Source: Hormiphora californensis
Lineage: Eukaryota; Animalia; Ctenophora
Reading direction: 5' to 3'
Assembly: GCA_020137815.1 (NCBI GenBank)
Contig: CM035355.1
Coordinates: 3,410,001-3,474,000, forward strand
DNA: 64,000 bases
Shown: positions 26,323-47,661 of the stretch, in pieces
Layout of the letters: each line of letters opens with the position of its first letter
Numbering within the stretch: position 1 is the stretch's first letter
Translations under genes and position numbers: made by a program
Notes under the pieces: model-generated
What the model was told of the DNA's origin: nothing
The model's input: only the letters and a program-made list of their open reading frames with translations
Database searches by the model: none

Positions 26323-27411
26323 CAGATAGAGAGAGACAGATAGAGAGAGACAGATAGAGAGAGTGGAAGTGGTAGGAGACTATAATTCGAGGGTTATGTT
26401 GTGGTGAACAAAGGCTACAATCTACCAACACGGTACCTGCACACAGACCACTACCACAAAAGTTCAATCAGCCAAGCTAGACTCTCAATCATAGCGGTGA
26501 TCTCTTTACAGCTAGTCCTCTGGTTTACTCTCCCTTTCGGTTTACTTTCTCGATCACGCTCCCTCTCTCTTTCTCGCTCCTCTTCCATCTCTTTCTTCTC
26601 CTCCCTTTTTCTTTTTTGCTCTATCTCTTCCCACTATTAATCTTCTATTTTCACTTTATGAATAGCATTCAACAATGTTTCTTTCTCGATTGTTTACTAA
26701 TTCTCTACGTTGGTCTTTCTGCAAACTGCAGTACAAGCAATGATCGTCAAGAACGAATTTCGACAATCGAGCAATAGATGAAGCACATGGTAGCACGTCT
26801 AGTAGTGTAATAATCGTCAAGAGAATGAGGTGGGTATCCTTCATTTGCCATTGCTCAACGAATTGATTGTAAATTCTCTTATTAACTCCTATAAAAAGTG
26901 CTGAACAAAGAATCAAAAGGTATTTTAAGAATCAATCTGAGCAGCTTTAACAGTTGATCAAAAGCTTTATGAAAGAACAACAATTTCGCACAAAGGCGTA
27001 TGGTTAGTAAATGTAATACAGGAATTTGTAGGTTTTTGGTGATACACACACACCAGGAACGATTGATTGTCCTCTGGGGAGAAAGATATGATCGATATGC
27101 ATCAACGATTGATCATATCTATGTGGGTGTGGGGCCCATTGTTTCACAATTACTGCTAAAGATTTCATGAGGTTCAAGTCACGTCGGCAAACTACAAGAT
27201 ATTATCTAATCCAAGGATGAACTTTGGCCCTCGGTAGTTTTCTCTAGAAGTAGAACATTGAACAAGTTCATAATACTAGTTATAGAAGTTCATACTACAA
27301 ATTCATACTATCATAATCGGGCCAGATGTCGACAATTTGACTTGAGCACCATGTGGGTTAAATCGGCATGGATTGTAAAGTTATAATTTGTCACATATCA
27401 AATTTAGAGCA

Positions 27412-27635
27412 TAGAAAAACCAAAGCAACAATTATAGCCCTCACTTAAGTGCACTTAAGTGTTTGTGAAATTTCTCACGGCCATTGCTCCACACCTGATG
27501 AGATAGAGACTTTTTTGTAGTTAGGTAGACCATTTCGAGTTCTTCCTAACCTCTATCTCATCAGGGGGTGAATCAATGACCGTGGGAAGTTTCACAAAAC
27601 CCAATTGAGTGCTATTGTTGCTTGGGTTTTCCTTT
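27412..27635. mobile_element. Degenerate foldback/MITE-like inverted repeat
   Basis: AAAACCAAAGCAACAAT..TTTGTGAAATTTCTCACGGCCATTG..CCTGATGAGATAGAG is mirrored by CTCTATCTCATCAGG..CAATGACCGTGGGAAGTTTCACAAA..ATTGTTGCTTGGGTTTT. Confidence 0.65.
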
Positions 27636-28231
27636 AGCATTTCTTTTTGATTGATAGTTAAATGAAAGAAAAGTTATTAGTAATATTACGTTTGAATTCT
27701 AATATTGAAAACGCTTAGAACAATGGAATATAATGTTAACAAAATACTAATGATATGCTAATGATAAGTCGGTACCTCAATTGGGATCTCATATTTGATT
27801 CAAAGTGTTTCTTTGTGAACTTCGCTACTTTTAACTAACGACTCAAAATATATCTATCTGGGAAAATATCTTGCAATGCCCCATTATAATACTGATGACG
27901 GGGTAATAATTATGTAAATGACCATGATTTTAGAAAAAGAAGAAATTCTTCAGCAGGTAAAGTAGAAGTGGTAAGAATATTATCATCTAATATACAAAAG
28001 ACCATAGAAAACTATAGAAAACTTGTTTTCTTTTGTATTTGTGTGTTCTTTCTCTCTAGTTCTACTACCTCTCTTTTGGTATCCAATAATGGATCAATGG
28101 GAGAGCTTATGACGCTTTCAATTTTCATTTCAAGAAATCTGATGGTGGTGATGGTGGTTCGTAATTGAAAACACATCCCTCCCATTTTAGAGTAGATCAA
28201 TCTCATTCTCAACAGGTGGAAACGAAGATCA

Positions 28232-28328
<97 letters not shown>

Positions 28329-28727
28329 CTCTCTCTCACTACCTTTATCTCTTGCTTTGACATTGTAAGGTAAGCAGCCCCTCAATCTGTGATTTTCATT
28401 TACAAAGCTATAATGAGTTGTCGAATAACCCCTTACTCAATAAATAATGAGGCATCTTGTGATATTACTAATATTACTGACAATAATACTATCTACGATT
28501 CATAATGCTGCAACATAAATGATATTGCTAAAACAATCATAGCATAAAAACTGAACAAATCGGTAACAATAAAACTGAAAAGCATTTCAATCGCCTTTCA
28601 GGTTCCAGAAAATCGATAGAAGAGCCGTGCAAAAGCGCACATAATACCATGATGCTACGTAAAATGTGAGATAAGCGACCGGCTTTCAAACAATTTCCAA
28701 ACAATGCAGTTTGTGGTTGGTGTAAAC

Positions 28728-28831
28728 CAGGAACCGACCGAGTCAGGAAATACTGGTCCCTGATTGGCTGATAACCAGTCACGTGACCTAAATAACGAGT
28801 CCTGATTGGTTGTTTACTTGTTTCGGTCGGT
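28728..28831. mobile_element. About 100-bp hAT-like mini-element with 8-bp TSD GTGTAAAC
   Basis: Ends CAGGAACCGACCGA ... TCGGTCGGT (right end clipped); GTGTAAAC at 28720-28727 and 28830-28837. Confidence 0.7.
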
Positions 28832-29076
28832 GTAAACAAGAAAGAAAGCCGGGGCATCAAAAGAAAAATAAGACATATTAAAGAGAGAAGAAAGAGAAGA
28901 GCAAAAGAAGGAGAGCTGGAGGGGCAAAATATAAAAAGAGTCAGAGGGGAGATGACCGTAGTAGCGACAAAGGCAATCCAATATTATAGCCAGCAGCTAT
29001 GGAGCTACTTTATCTACCCTGCTCAAAGCTACTGTATACCCACTGATCACAGAGAGAATGAAAGAGAGGAAGAGAG

Positions 29077-29153
<77 letters not shown>

Positions 29154-30856
29154 GGGAGAAAAGGATCGTCACAGAGGGGCATATAATAAGAGGGAAAGAG
29201 GCGATTTATAGAGAAATTGGGAACTAGTGTTACTATAGTGTGGGGTGTGTGATCCCAACAATTAGATCACAGCACAAATTGGCAAACACATGCAGCACAC
29301 TGTACACCGATTCCCGATACTATCGTTCCGATAATGATCCTGATGGGCGACAGGCATGTGACCATACTAGTATGCCTAGAAGTTGCAATTGAGTAACAAA
29401 CACAATGTTATTAGTATTCAGTATTGTGCTACTCATGTCTCACAAGTCAGTGATCAGTGAGTAGCATAATACGTAGTAAACATTGAACATATGGTGAAAA
29501 CACACCGAAGGCAGGCAAACTATTTATAAATTTCATTTTTATTCAACTGTTCAGGCCTCAACTCGTGTGCAATGCACAGTGCATGCAATATTTTAATTTC
29601 TGATGTGCGCACTACACGTTAACATGTGATAGGTGCACAAAACAATTCCGTGCACGAGTTTTGGGGGTGAACAGTTGACAAAAAATGGACTATAAACACA
29701 GGAGGTCTGTAAGTAGCTCCGCGCCTCTATAAGTTGCATTTACATACAGATCTGTAAATGCAACATACAGACTTCGTGTGTTTACTAGGGTAGCGTAACT
29801 AACAAATACAAACGAAAAAAAGAAGATTATTTAGTATTGAGATGTTATAATGAGGCTAAACACTCGGCATTGGCTTTATAGCACCTGTTCAATGTATGAA
29901 CTAAGATCCTTTTCTCTACTACGGTCAATCCTCTACAAATATAGCTCTTTCTTACTCTCCGTCATCTATTATATCTCACTTGGTACATCTTGTTACTAGC
30001 TGAGAGTCAGAGAAGTCTCTACAATGTAGAGTCTACATACAGAATATAGGCTTTTAGAATCTGTCAGGAGTTGTAATATCTGCCAGGCAGATTCTGTCAA
30101 TAATTTTAACAGTCAGCTGTCAGAGCCTGGAGATGATGCCATACCAGTCAATTTTATCCTGAATAACATTGCTGCTTGTAGTGAGAACAATCTTTTCAGC
30201 AATGTTTACCTGGCACAAATTGCTGTAATTATTCTAATATGCTATCTTACGAAAAGCGTTGTTTGAGGCTCTACAACAAATTTACAAACAGAAGATCCGC
30301 AAAAGGAATATGTGAGTGTGGGAATTCTTGATGGTGTAGATATATATGGGGTAAGCATAAGACAGCGAGGTGTAGCACATGGCCTATTAGCCACGTGCAA
30401 TTGAGCTGCATGCACATGGGGTCTGCCAAAGGAATCGCGGAAATATGGGACATGTGTAATAGACCGTAACATTAACACATGCTTCAAAAGAACTTGACTT
30501 GATTCAGATTGCTTAACCGAAATATTTGTGCAACGATTTTATTAAACGTTGATGTTTTTTGTAAACTGTCAAGTGTCAAATTAAGAGTCATATTTTCAAA
30601 AACTGAAAAATATATATACACAATATATAACCTGTCTTTCTATCGATATAGCAAAAACAAAGCAAAAATTTAAAATATTTAAAAACAAGGAAAAAAACAC
30701 TGACTTTTAAAAACTCCACTCGATGTTTTTATCGATACTTGGAAAACTTCGGGTTCTGATTTTCCGCCTAACACACAAAGCGTGATACAGATGCGATAGC
30801 TAGCTTAAAATACTGTTCGTCTTGTTGAATGCTGATATAAAGGTAGTCTGGACAAG

Positions 30857-38715
<7,859 letters not shown>

Positions 38716-39693
38716 AGAGCCTGTGTGGGAATTTAAACATATCACAAGAGCAGATAGCAACAGGGATTTTGTATATGGAAAAGTGGCAAGTTACTGTTTG
38801 AGCATCAAAAAAGGTTTACAGAATCTGGACATTTATACGAGCAATTTTATAATCTACAGTCTACACAAAAGAAATGGCACGGTTCGTCGGTTTCATCAAT
38901 ATGTGTTTCTTGGTGATTTTTGTCACCCGAACATATTAGCAATTGGTAACTCATATAACGAACAGAGAGTCTCACTCGAATCAACATTATCTTGATTGCC
39001 ATGGCAATTAGTCACGGTGAAGAATTCTTGGATTTGTTCAAGTTTGGATAAATTGGAAAGATAATAATCGGGGAAATTAGAGACGAAAGTGAAACAACTA
39101 ATTTATACCTGGAGATCATAACGTCAGGGAAAATCTGTCACACAGATGACAACACAAGATTGAGGTTACATTTGTCGAAAAACCAAGCAATGTAATATAT
39201 GTTAATTTGCCAAGCTGCGATAGGGGAAGTAGTAGTATAGCGAGGGGAATATAATACCACTCATCACCACCCTCAATGGTTTATCGCTCAGTATATATAG
39301 ATCTCTCTAAAAGTGCTGTGTATCAATGCTTCTCTCCATCATTTTTTCTATACACACACATCCAACCACAATGATCTCTATCACTCTTCTCTCTCTCTTT
39401 CTATCTCACTCTCTCTCTCTCTCTCTTTCTCTATCCTTCACACTCGATCGCTTTTCCTCTCCACGATCATTTTTCTCCACAAACTGCAGCAGGGTAACCC
39501 GGATATCGAAATTGCTCCTGAATCATAGCCTAGCTGTTATAGCTATCTCTGCAGGCACCAGCTCTTATGAGGGAAATTCGGATAACGATAGAAGCACCCA
39601 CACACATTCATCATTGCATAAGGCAAAAAAGGAAACTTCTCGAAATTCCGATATGAAAATGGATCAAACCACACGCCAACCACAAAACTCTGA

Positions 39694-42690
39694 ACTTGAC
39701 TTACTTGACTTAAGGCGGCTTCATTGTCCGAGCAGTCAGTTCGGTCCGCCACAGCACACGATCTTTCATTAGCCTCTTGATATCGCCATCATTAGATAGG
39801 CCAGTATCCTCCCTGAGCTGGTTAATATAGGTTTTCTTGGGTCTACCCGGCTTCTAGAGCCCCTATCAGGTTCCCAAAACAGCAGTTGGTGAGCTGTAGT
39901 TCCTCGTGTTGTGGACATGTCCAGCCAGCCTAAGTCTACGAGTCCTCACAGTCTCAGAAACTCGGGGACATTCTGGAAGACTTCCTCATAGAGCCCTATC
40001 CCACCAGTTGATGCCAAGCGCCATTCGTAGCATCCTACTATAACACAACATCCAATGTGTTCTCCATAGTAGATGTAAGGGTCCACGTTTCAGCGCCGTT
40101 AATAGAATGGCCTCTACAGTAGTACGGAACAGGTTTACCTTAATGCTCCTTTTCAGGTCAGTTTTCCATATTCCTTTGAGTCTATGACAGGCTGCCCAGG
40201 CCTTAGCCTTCCTATGTTAAAATCCTTCTCCGTCGATTTAAGGTGGGCACCAAGGTAACGAAATCGCCACTTGTTCTAGATAGTTTCCCGTGAGCTAACG
40301 AGGGAAGGTTCCTCTATACCAGTAGCCATAAACTTAGTCTTCCCTTCATTCAGGTGAAGACCAACTGCAGCCGCTGCCGTTTCCAGACTTTCTAAGAATT
40401 CCTGTGTGTTCGATTGTGTCCGAAAGGAGTGACAGGTCATCCGCTAATCGGTGTCTGTGATCTTCACTTCAGGATAACGCCTACTCTTCCTCTTCCTGAG
40501 GGTAAATCCAACGTCCCTACCAGCCAGAGCTCTCTCATGACTATGTAATAGCTATAAAAACAAATATGGAGCCAAGGTGTCCCCCTGTAAAACGCCAGCC
40601 AGAATTAATATAGCCTCCGTGAGTCCGTCCTCCGTTTAACCGGGCCATGGTGTCCTCATACGAACATTCTATAAGCCGAACTAATTTGAGGAATACCGTA
40701 AGCTCTCAGAATGCGCATAAAATACCCCTGTGCAAAGACAAAACGCACGCCGAAAGTCATAAATAGAGGAACAGAAGTTAATTTCCTTTCTGTTACCCCT
40801 TCCAACAACCGCCGGAGGGCCAGAATGTGACTGGTAGTTGACCTCCGGACGGAATCCATTCTGGTTATCCCTCCAAATAGGCTCATATGGGTAGTAGGCG
40901 GTTGAGGATCATCTTATTAAGAGTTTTTAGAGAACGGAGGTCAGAGAGATTCCCCTATAGTTACTAGTTTTAGTGAGGTCCCCCTTTTTAGGAACTGGAA
41001 CTATAAAGAGGCTCTTCCTTGTTCAGGGAAACTACCATTTCCAGTGCATCGTTGAAGAACTCTAATCAATGTCATCGACACCTCCCGTTTCAGGACCTCA
41101 GGTGCTAGACCATCATCTCCAGGCGCTTTCCCTCCTTAATGGACCTCTTCAGCTGCGGTATACTATCCTGACTGACGTATCTGTAGATATAGGGAGCTCC
41201 TCACACTGTATTAATGACAAGGTCCTCATCAGGAACACTAGGCGTTCACCGAGTATCCCAGAAAAGTGTTTCTCCAAGACTCCAGCCTCCCCTCAGCACT
41301 CCCACCTTCAACAGGCCACCACCATTTCCTTTAGAGTCCCCAGTAACATCTCTAATGAGGTCCCACGCCACCTTATTTTTCCTCTCATCATTAGCAGTTT
41401 CTACCACGAAATCTTCTGAGAAATAGTTCTTCAGTGACTGAGGCATGCGTTTCCTTTAAGAGTTCTCTCCTCTCGCTAAACCTCGACTCTATTATTCTCA
41501 GTGGGATGGAGAAACAAAGCTTTCTTAGCTTCGAACAACTCGTCTCTTACACTACGAACTCTCAGGTATTCATAGCGCTATCGGTAGCACGTCTGCGCTT
41601 CCGTGGCAGTAGGTGCTTATTGGTTTCACCAACAGCCGACACAAATGCCCCATACCTTCCAGAGCATCCTCCACATCTGTTCTCAACACTCATAACCTAT
41701 TCCTCACCTCCACATGTACCTCTCACACAGGTCAGGCTCCTCTCTGAGACAAGTATAATCGACTTGATCTGTCCTTTGGCACGTTTAGTCTTCCGTAGAC
41801 TGAGGCGAAGGAAACACGAACTGCTCATGATCGACCCTACACTACCAAACGTGTCCACTACCTCTACGTTACGCAAAGAGTTCTTCCACTTCTCGTCGAA
41901 CCAGAATATAATCAATTTGACTTTGGCAGAGTGTGCCCTCACTGTGGAAAGTATGAAGCTTGCCAGCTTTTTCTGGAAACGATGATTACCTGCCCCACCA
42001 GATTACTTCTAACATATATCACGGAGCAGCGCCCCGTTCCTATTCGACGTTGAATGAAAATACCAACCCCCATCGTCCGGCGATTCCCTAGACAGATGGG
42101 CGTTTAGGTCCTAACACACCAGAAACTCCTGTGCTGGAACCTCATGGATAGCTCCCCTCAGGGCCTCATGGAAACTCTCTGCCTCAGCTGGATCATCCCT
42201 CAGTAGGGGCGTACACACAAATGACAGTGGAGCAGGGTTGCCCGTGAAGTCACAAGTAGTATTCGGTAGTGTATGACTTCCACCATTTTCACTGCCGAGT
42301 ACGCATCTTGATTTACATACACTCCTACACCCCGCAAGATGCCCCTGATCCAGACCTCCAGGCTGATGTAGAAATAAACGAGAAACCTCTCCCTCTCTGC
42401 ACACAGACCCTCTCAGAGTGCAAATCCGGTGCTCCTGCACCCCCAGGTACACAGGCCGTCCTCTCAAAACTCGCTCTCCATGACATCTCTACGATAAGCC
42501 TCGCGTATGGTCCTCACATTTAGGGGGCCAAAAACCGTCTCACTATTAAACCCTAAAATCCTAGATTTTTTTGTAGCTTTTAAGGGGTTTTCTGGTTCCG
42601 GCTCGGGCCTCCAGCCATCTGTAGCAGGCCCTCCCGAAGGCTTTAAGCCTACCACTTCAAGGTCGCCTCTGAAGGAAGAACTAAAGCGAT
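39694..42690 (-). mobile_element. Decayed RTE-clade non-LTR retrotransposon (APE endonuclease + RT, frameshifted)
   Basis: Minus-strand fragments: FGPLNVRTI and LGVQEHR (APE), GVLQGDTLAPYLF, ADDLSLLS and GLHLNEGKTKFM (RT), GRPKKTYINQLREDTG (RTE-like C-terminus). 3' tandem tail TAAGTCAAGTAAGTCAAGT at 39694-39712. The 5' boundary is approximate. Confidence 0.85.
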
Positions 42691-44865
42691 AAGATACAAT
42701 TTATGCGGGTATTGGAGCCTAATCGGCTATACTAGATTTATAAACAGCCAATTCAAAACCAATACATAAGTAATAAATATTAAATGTATATTGCCAACAC
42801 CGGTCTGCACTAGTTATCAATGCAATATTATTACACGTGTAGTTTGAACTGTAACAACTGTCAATAACTCACATGGGGAGATAATAGGCCGGAAATAGTG
42901 GAAGCTTAATCTTTTCTACCGAGAGAATTTTCTATCTCTTTCTATCTCTATCTCCCTCCCTCTCTCTATGTCTTTCTCTATATCTATCTCCATCTCTCCC
43001 TCCTTCTCTCTCCCCTCTCTATTATGATACACTGGATCAAAGGTGCATATAATACCTTTAGAAACGTACAAGCTTAGAGGAAACAAGCCACACGTACATA
43101 TTGTAGTCTGTTTCTATTGTCTTTCTCAGGACAGGCGGGGCTACCATAATATATTATCTAGGAGAGATAATATCTAGAGGCTAGTCAGACCAGAGAGGGA
43201 GAGAGCAATCTTTGCTGTGCTGTTATCGTGCTGTAATGGCATAGAAGGAAATTTGGCTCCATATGACATATATAGGGTACATCAGAATAATATGTTGTAT
43301 AATGTGTAATGAAGACTCAAGAGTTTCCAAAAATCAAATAGATCAATGCCAGGAGGCCAGGTAGGCTTATACAGATGCCAAAAATAGCTTTTTTGGAACG
43401 CAAAAAGATATGACTTTGCAAAAAAATGAAACGATTGGTCGCCCAACTAATTGTCACCTTCATGGACTCAATCCAGAGAAAATATACAACTTCAGACACC
43501 GCTAATAAGAGTTTGAAGGAGCGTTGATTTCTGCATGACAAGAACTGTATCATCTGCAGTACTAGACTTGCAGAGATATCGAGATCTGCTGCACACGAAC
43601 ACTACTACCATTGACTTTCTACAATATGTAGATCTGAGAAAATGTAGCTACATTACTGTTTTCTCAGATCTACCGTATACAGCTCTTCAAAGGCTACAAG
43701 AACGATTCAACCATGTTGTAATACACCTTATGTAGAGAGGACATGTGCATACTAATACTATCGTGTGATGAAAGTAACACCCGGCTAAGACATTGTTGAG
43801 TAACAACATAGAGCTGGATGAACAAAGGGTACAATGTTCATCATGAATTGCCCATGGTGTTTGTACAATGTACACCCCAATATATTGGTCATGAGTAACC
43901 CATGAATCCATGATGGTGATGTACAATATGAAGCAATGAACTGGCTCGTATTACAATATATGGCAATTTAGTACATAGTGTTAGAATACAAATTTGCTTC
44001 CAGTGTCCCCTAAAAATATGAAAGGCTTAGAGCTCGAAGTCGATTTTTGATTTTTTTAAATGAGCCATAAAGGTTGGTAACAAGCGTACGGTTATAAAAC
44101 TCAAAAACCATCAAATCATATGAGGAAAGCGTCCTTTAGCGACTTAATCTCAAATACTTAATCATTTTCTTTTAAGATTCACAAGCGTCTCTCCGACCAC
44201 CAGCAGCTAGAGCTTAAAGTGGTGTAGTAAAGTGGTTTGTGAAATAGTCATTTAGAATTAAGGTGCTAAGTGATTCAAGCAGCGTTACTGAGAAATTCAA
44301 CTCAATTATATTTTAATCATCAAGAAAGTTCTTCAGAACAAATAATTTATGCAATATTGTATGGTATTCATGCTCCCGGCCAATCATAATATTTAATAGA
44401 GAGAGAAATTAGAAAGGGGGATGGGATTGATCAACGATTTGAATTTAAAAATCGTAATAGATATTAAGCTTAAATGCATTCCTTACCGTTTAGCCTCAAT
44501 TAGCTGTTTGACAGTGTCGGCCCAGCTAGAGCTCCCCAAGCCCCGTGACATGGTAATCCCTGCTTCACTCCTACTTCAAGCTCCGCCAAAGTTTCCTACA
44601 CAGCTTCAAATGCGAGAATGAAACAACTAAGACGTGTCACGGTTACACAAACAAGCTCATTCGTCCTCTGCAAATGATAGTTGAATGATCTATGATAATT
44701 ATGTGTGCCTAAGAAGGGCAATGTGGGACAGAATATATAGATAATGTGACACGTGCAGCCGGGTAATTTGTAGCATAGTTTGAGACTATGTCTATATGGA
44801 AATATGAAATTGAGGAGAGTGAGTGAGAAAAAAGGAAGATATGGAAATAAGAAAGGAATAAGAGA

Positions 44866-44945
<80 letters not shown>

Positions 44946-45023
44946 GAGATAGAGAGGGCCAGGGGAGGAAAGGAAAGAAAGGGATTCAACCTCACTTCAT
45001 AGCTCTTCTTGCGTGTCCAAGGT

Positions 45024-45077
45024 CAAGGTAGACAAATCAAACTAGGGCCAAGGTAGACAAATCAAACTAGGGCCAAG
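45024..45077. repeat. 25-bp tandem duplication CAAGGTAGACAAATCAAACTAGGGC
   Basis: Copies at 45024 and 45049. Confidence 0.9.
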
Positions 45078-47611
45078 ATATAAAATATACAGTGCTGTGT
45101 GGTGTATGCCATGATTCATGAAGCAAACCGAGTCTCGCAAGGCCACCCGTGTTTCTAGAATGTGCCCCTTAGATGTGTGTATGTTCACAGAGTATATAGT
45201 ATACACTGTGTATAATAAGGAGGATCGAATCTTGTGTCGAGCTATGTGATGGAGCACTACTGTTACAGTAGATATATATCGGCAGCTCCCTAACACGCAG
45301 ACTGCTATTATACAGTCCTCTATACTATATTTGTGATGGAGCACTATATACAATGTGATATAAAAGTGGAGCTGATCAACTAACGACATACTAACAAACG
45401 ACGAAGGGCTTTCTTTCTTTTGTGGTGGAAGCTCCGTGCTGTAATACTCTATTCTTCGACCTCTCTCCAGCTTTCTCGCTTCTCTCTAAATTTTATATAT
45501 TCGAAATTCAATCCCCCTTTTCTCTAAGACAGGATGCACCTGGTGTTTTAGTAGTTAAGCGTCATCCCATACGTTTCAGATGAGCAATCTGAAAATGAAC
45601 ATTTTTGCAAAATTGTTATGCAATATGTCAGCTTCACTTGAAAACCAGATAAAATCATATGGATATTTAGAAGATTGACTATTACATTGACAACAACCTC
45701 CCACAAACATAATATCCGCAATCAACACCAATTAACAAATAGCATAATTAGATCTATGCAGATATTCACAAAGGAAATGATAATTGGTTGTCTGGTGTGC
45801 CGGATCCAAAAGATGCACAAATTATGGAAAATAATCAGTCAATAACCCAAACAGAAATGTAAATAATTTTCCGATTCGAGTTCACATTTAGTTCCCTTAC
45901 TATCGAATGAAATCCCGTATTATCTATTTGTGACCAATAAACTAGTCGTGGCAAATCAAGGCACTGGCAATGAAAACTTCTTAGATTTAATACATACACT
46001 TTCACGAACAGAATCGCATTGTATAATATCTTGGCATCATGCTCATTTAGGATCCTTAGGATCCTAATTACGCAACAGAGTACATTTCTCTCCTGTCAGG
46101 GAGCTATCTCACACATGTTTCCCATTGTTAGAAAAGATTCAAAGACGAAAACAGATCCTTTTCCATGAGTTTCCACTCGATGGTAGCTTTACTAGGTGAT
46201 TTTATTTTAAGGATAACGATGTTAGGATTGTAACAGAATTAAAGCTGATGATCTGATCAACGATGCCCAGAAGGTTACAATTACAATTATAACATGTAGA
46301 GGCTACCCAAGGGCTGAATTCTTAATAAAGTAAGAACGATTTATTGAACCTAACTTATCATGTCAATCATGTCCTCATACACAAATTCATAGCTGGCCTG
46401 TTACCCCCTCGAAGAGCTAGACGACTCACTGCACTGTGCAGCAGCTGATCGATCACCTCTCAGATGAATAAAATTCCGTGCGGTGTATATAATAATAAAT
46501 TATGATCAGCAAATGAGAATAATAAATAATAATATAACATTACATGAGCATAATAGAAAGTGAGATAAATCTTCCTGCTCCGATGTGTCACCATTCGATA
46601 ACTCAAACTCTCATGATGATATAATATGCCTCGATTTTTTAATGTAGTAACAAACTCTCAAACATTTACTGAACGAAACCTCAACTATATAATATCACAC
46701 TACAGACTAATACCAACCCCTAGTCTACACTAAATTCCGTGATACCAGTTTATCTTGGTGGGAGCACCAGGTGTCTTGTCTAGTCATTTAATCGGCGTCC
46801 ATCATTATCTTCTCATTATATCGGTCTACACGATCTAACACTCGTATTCTTTGTCATATCAAACTTTGACAGACAAATTACCAACAGTATATTGTCAAAC
46901 ACAATTAGGCTACAATGTGGAGGTTTCTACTTCATAGAGAGGCTGAGAGGAGGAGCAAAACTAACAAAAGCTCAAATGATACGACGAGACAAGATGTATT
47001 GTGGCATCTCTCACTGACACTGTACTAGAACTATAGATTAACAATTATTAATCAAACGATAAAGCAATCCAACAATCAAACTTATCAATGAAATACAATT
47101 TCAGTCTTCAATAATCAATTGAATAAATTGGTAACCATGTTTTTCAATCTGGCATCATACGCCCATACGGCAAGAAAATAATTGCTCTGTTTCTTAGTTT
47201 CTGTGTTCACACATTAAATTACATCCAATCATAGATAGCTAGCCATCACATCAATAATCTTTTTCAGCTTCAGTTTGTTTGAATTACAAAACCAATGAAA
47301 GGATAATGAAAAAAAAAGTTTGCATCAATATTAGTTTCTAACTTGACCATAAACCTCAATTTTCTTAGGTTTTAAGACTTGTTGAGTAAAGAACAACTTG
47401 AAGACACAGGTCACATGGTCATCAGAACAGCTTGTCTGGATTAGGCCACGGATTCCGCGGAGCACAAACCTCGCACGTTGTTTCTTCTTGATTAGAAAAT
47501 ATATGGCTGGTACACACATATTTCAAGGTTTGTTTGTAATCTGTACATAGGATGAATTGCATGCAGAATGGTGTTCCCATGGCAACAGAAAAAAGAGAGA
47601 GAAGCGAGAGG

Positions 47612-47661
<50 letters not shown>

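Noticed and set aside
29490-29790. Cluster of three hairpins as a structured ncRNA
   Set aside because: No tRNA, snRNA or spliced-leader hallmarks; better explained as decayed small inverted-repeat elements.
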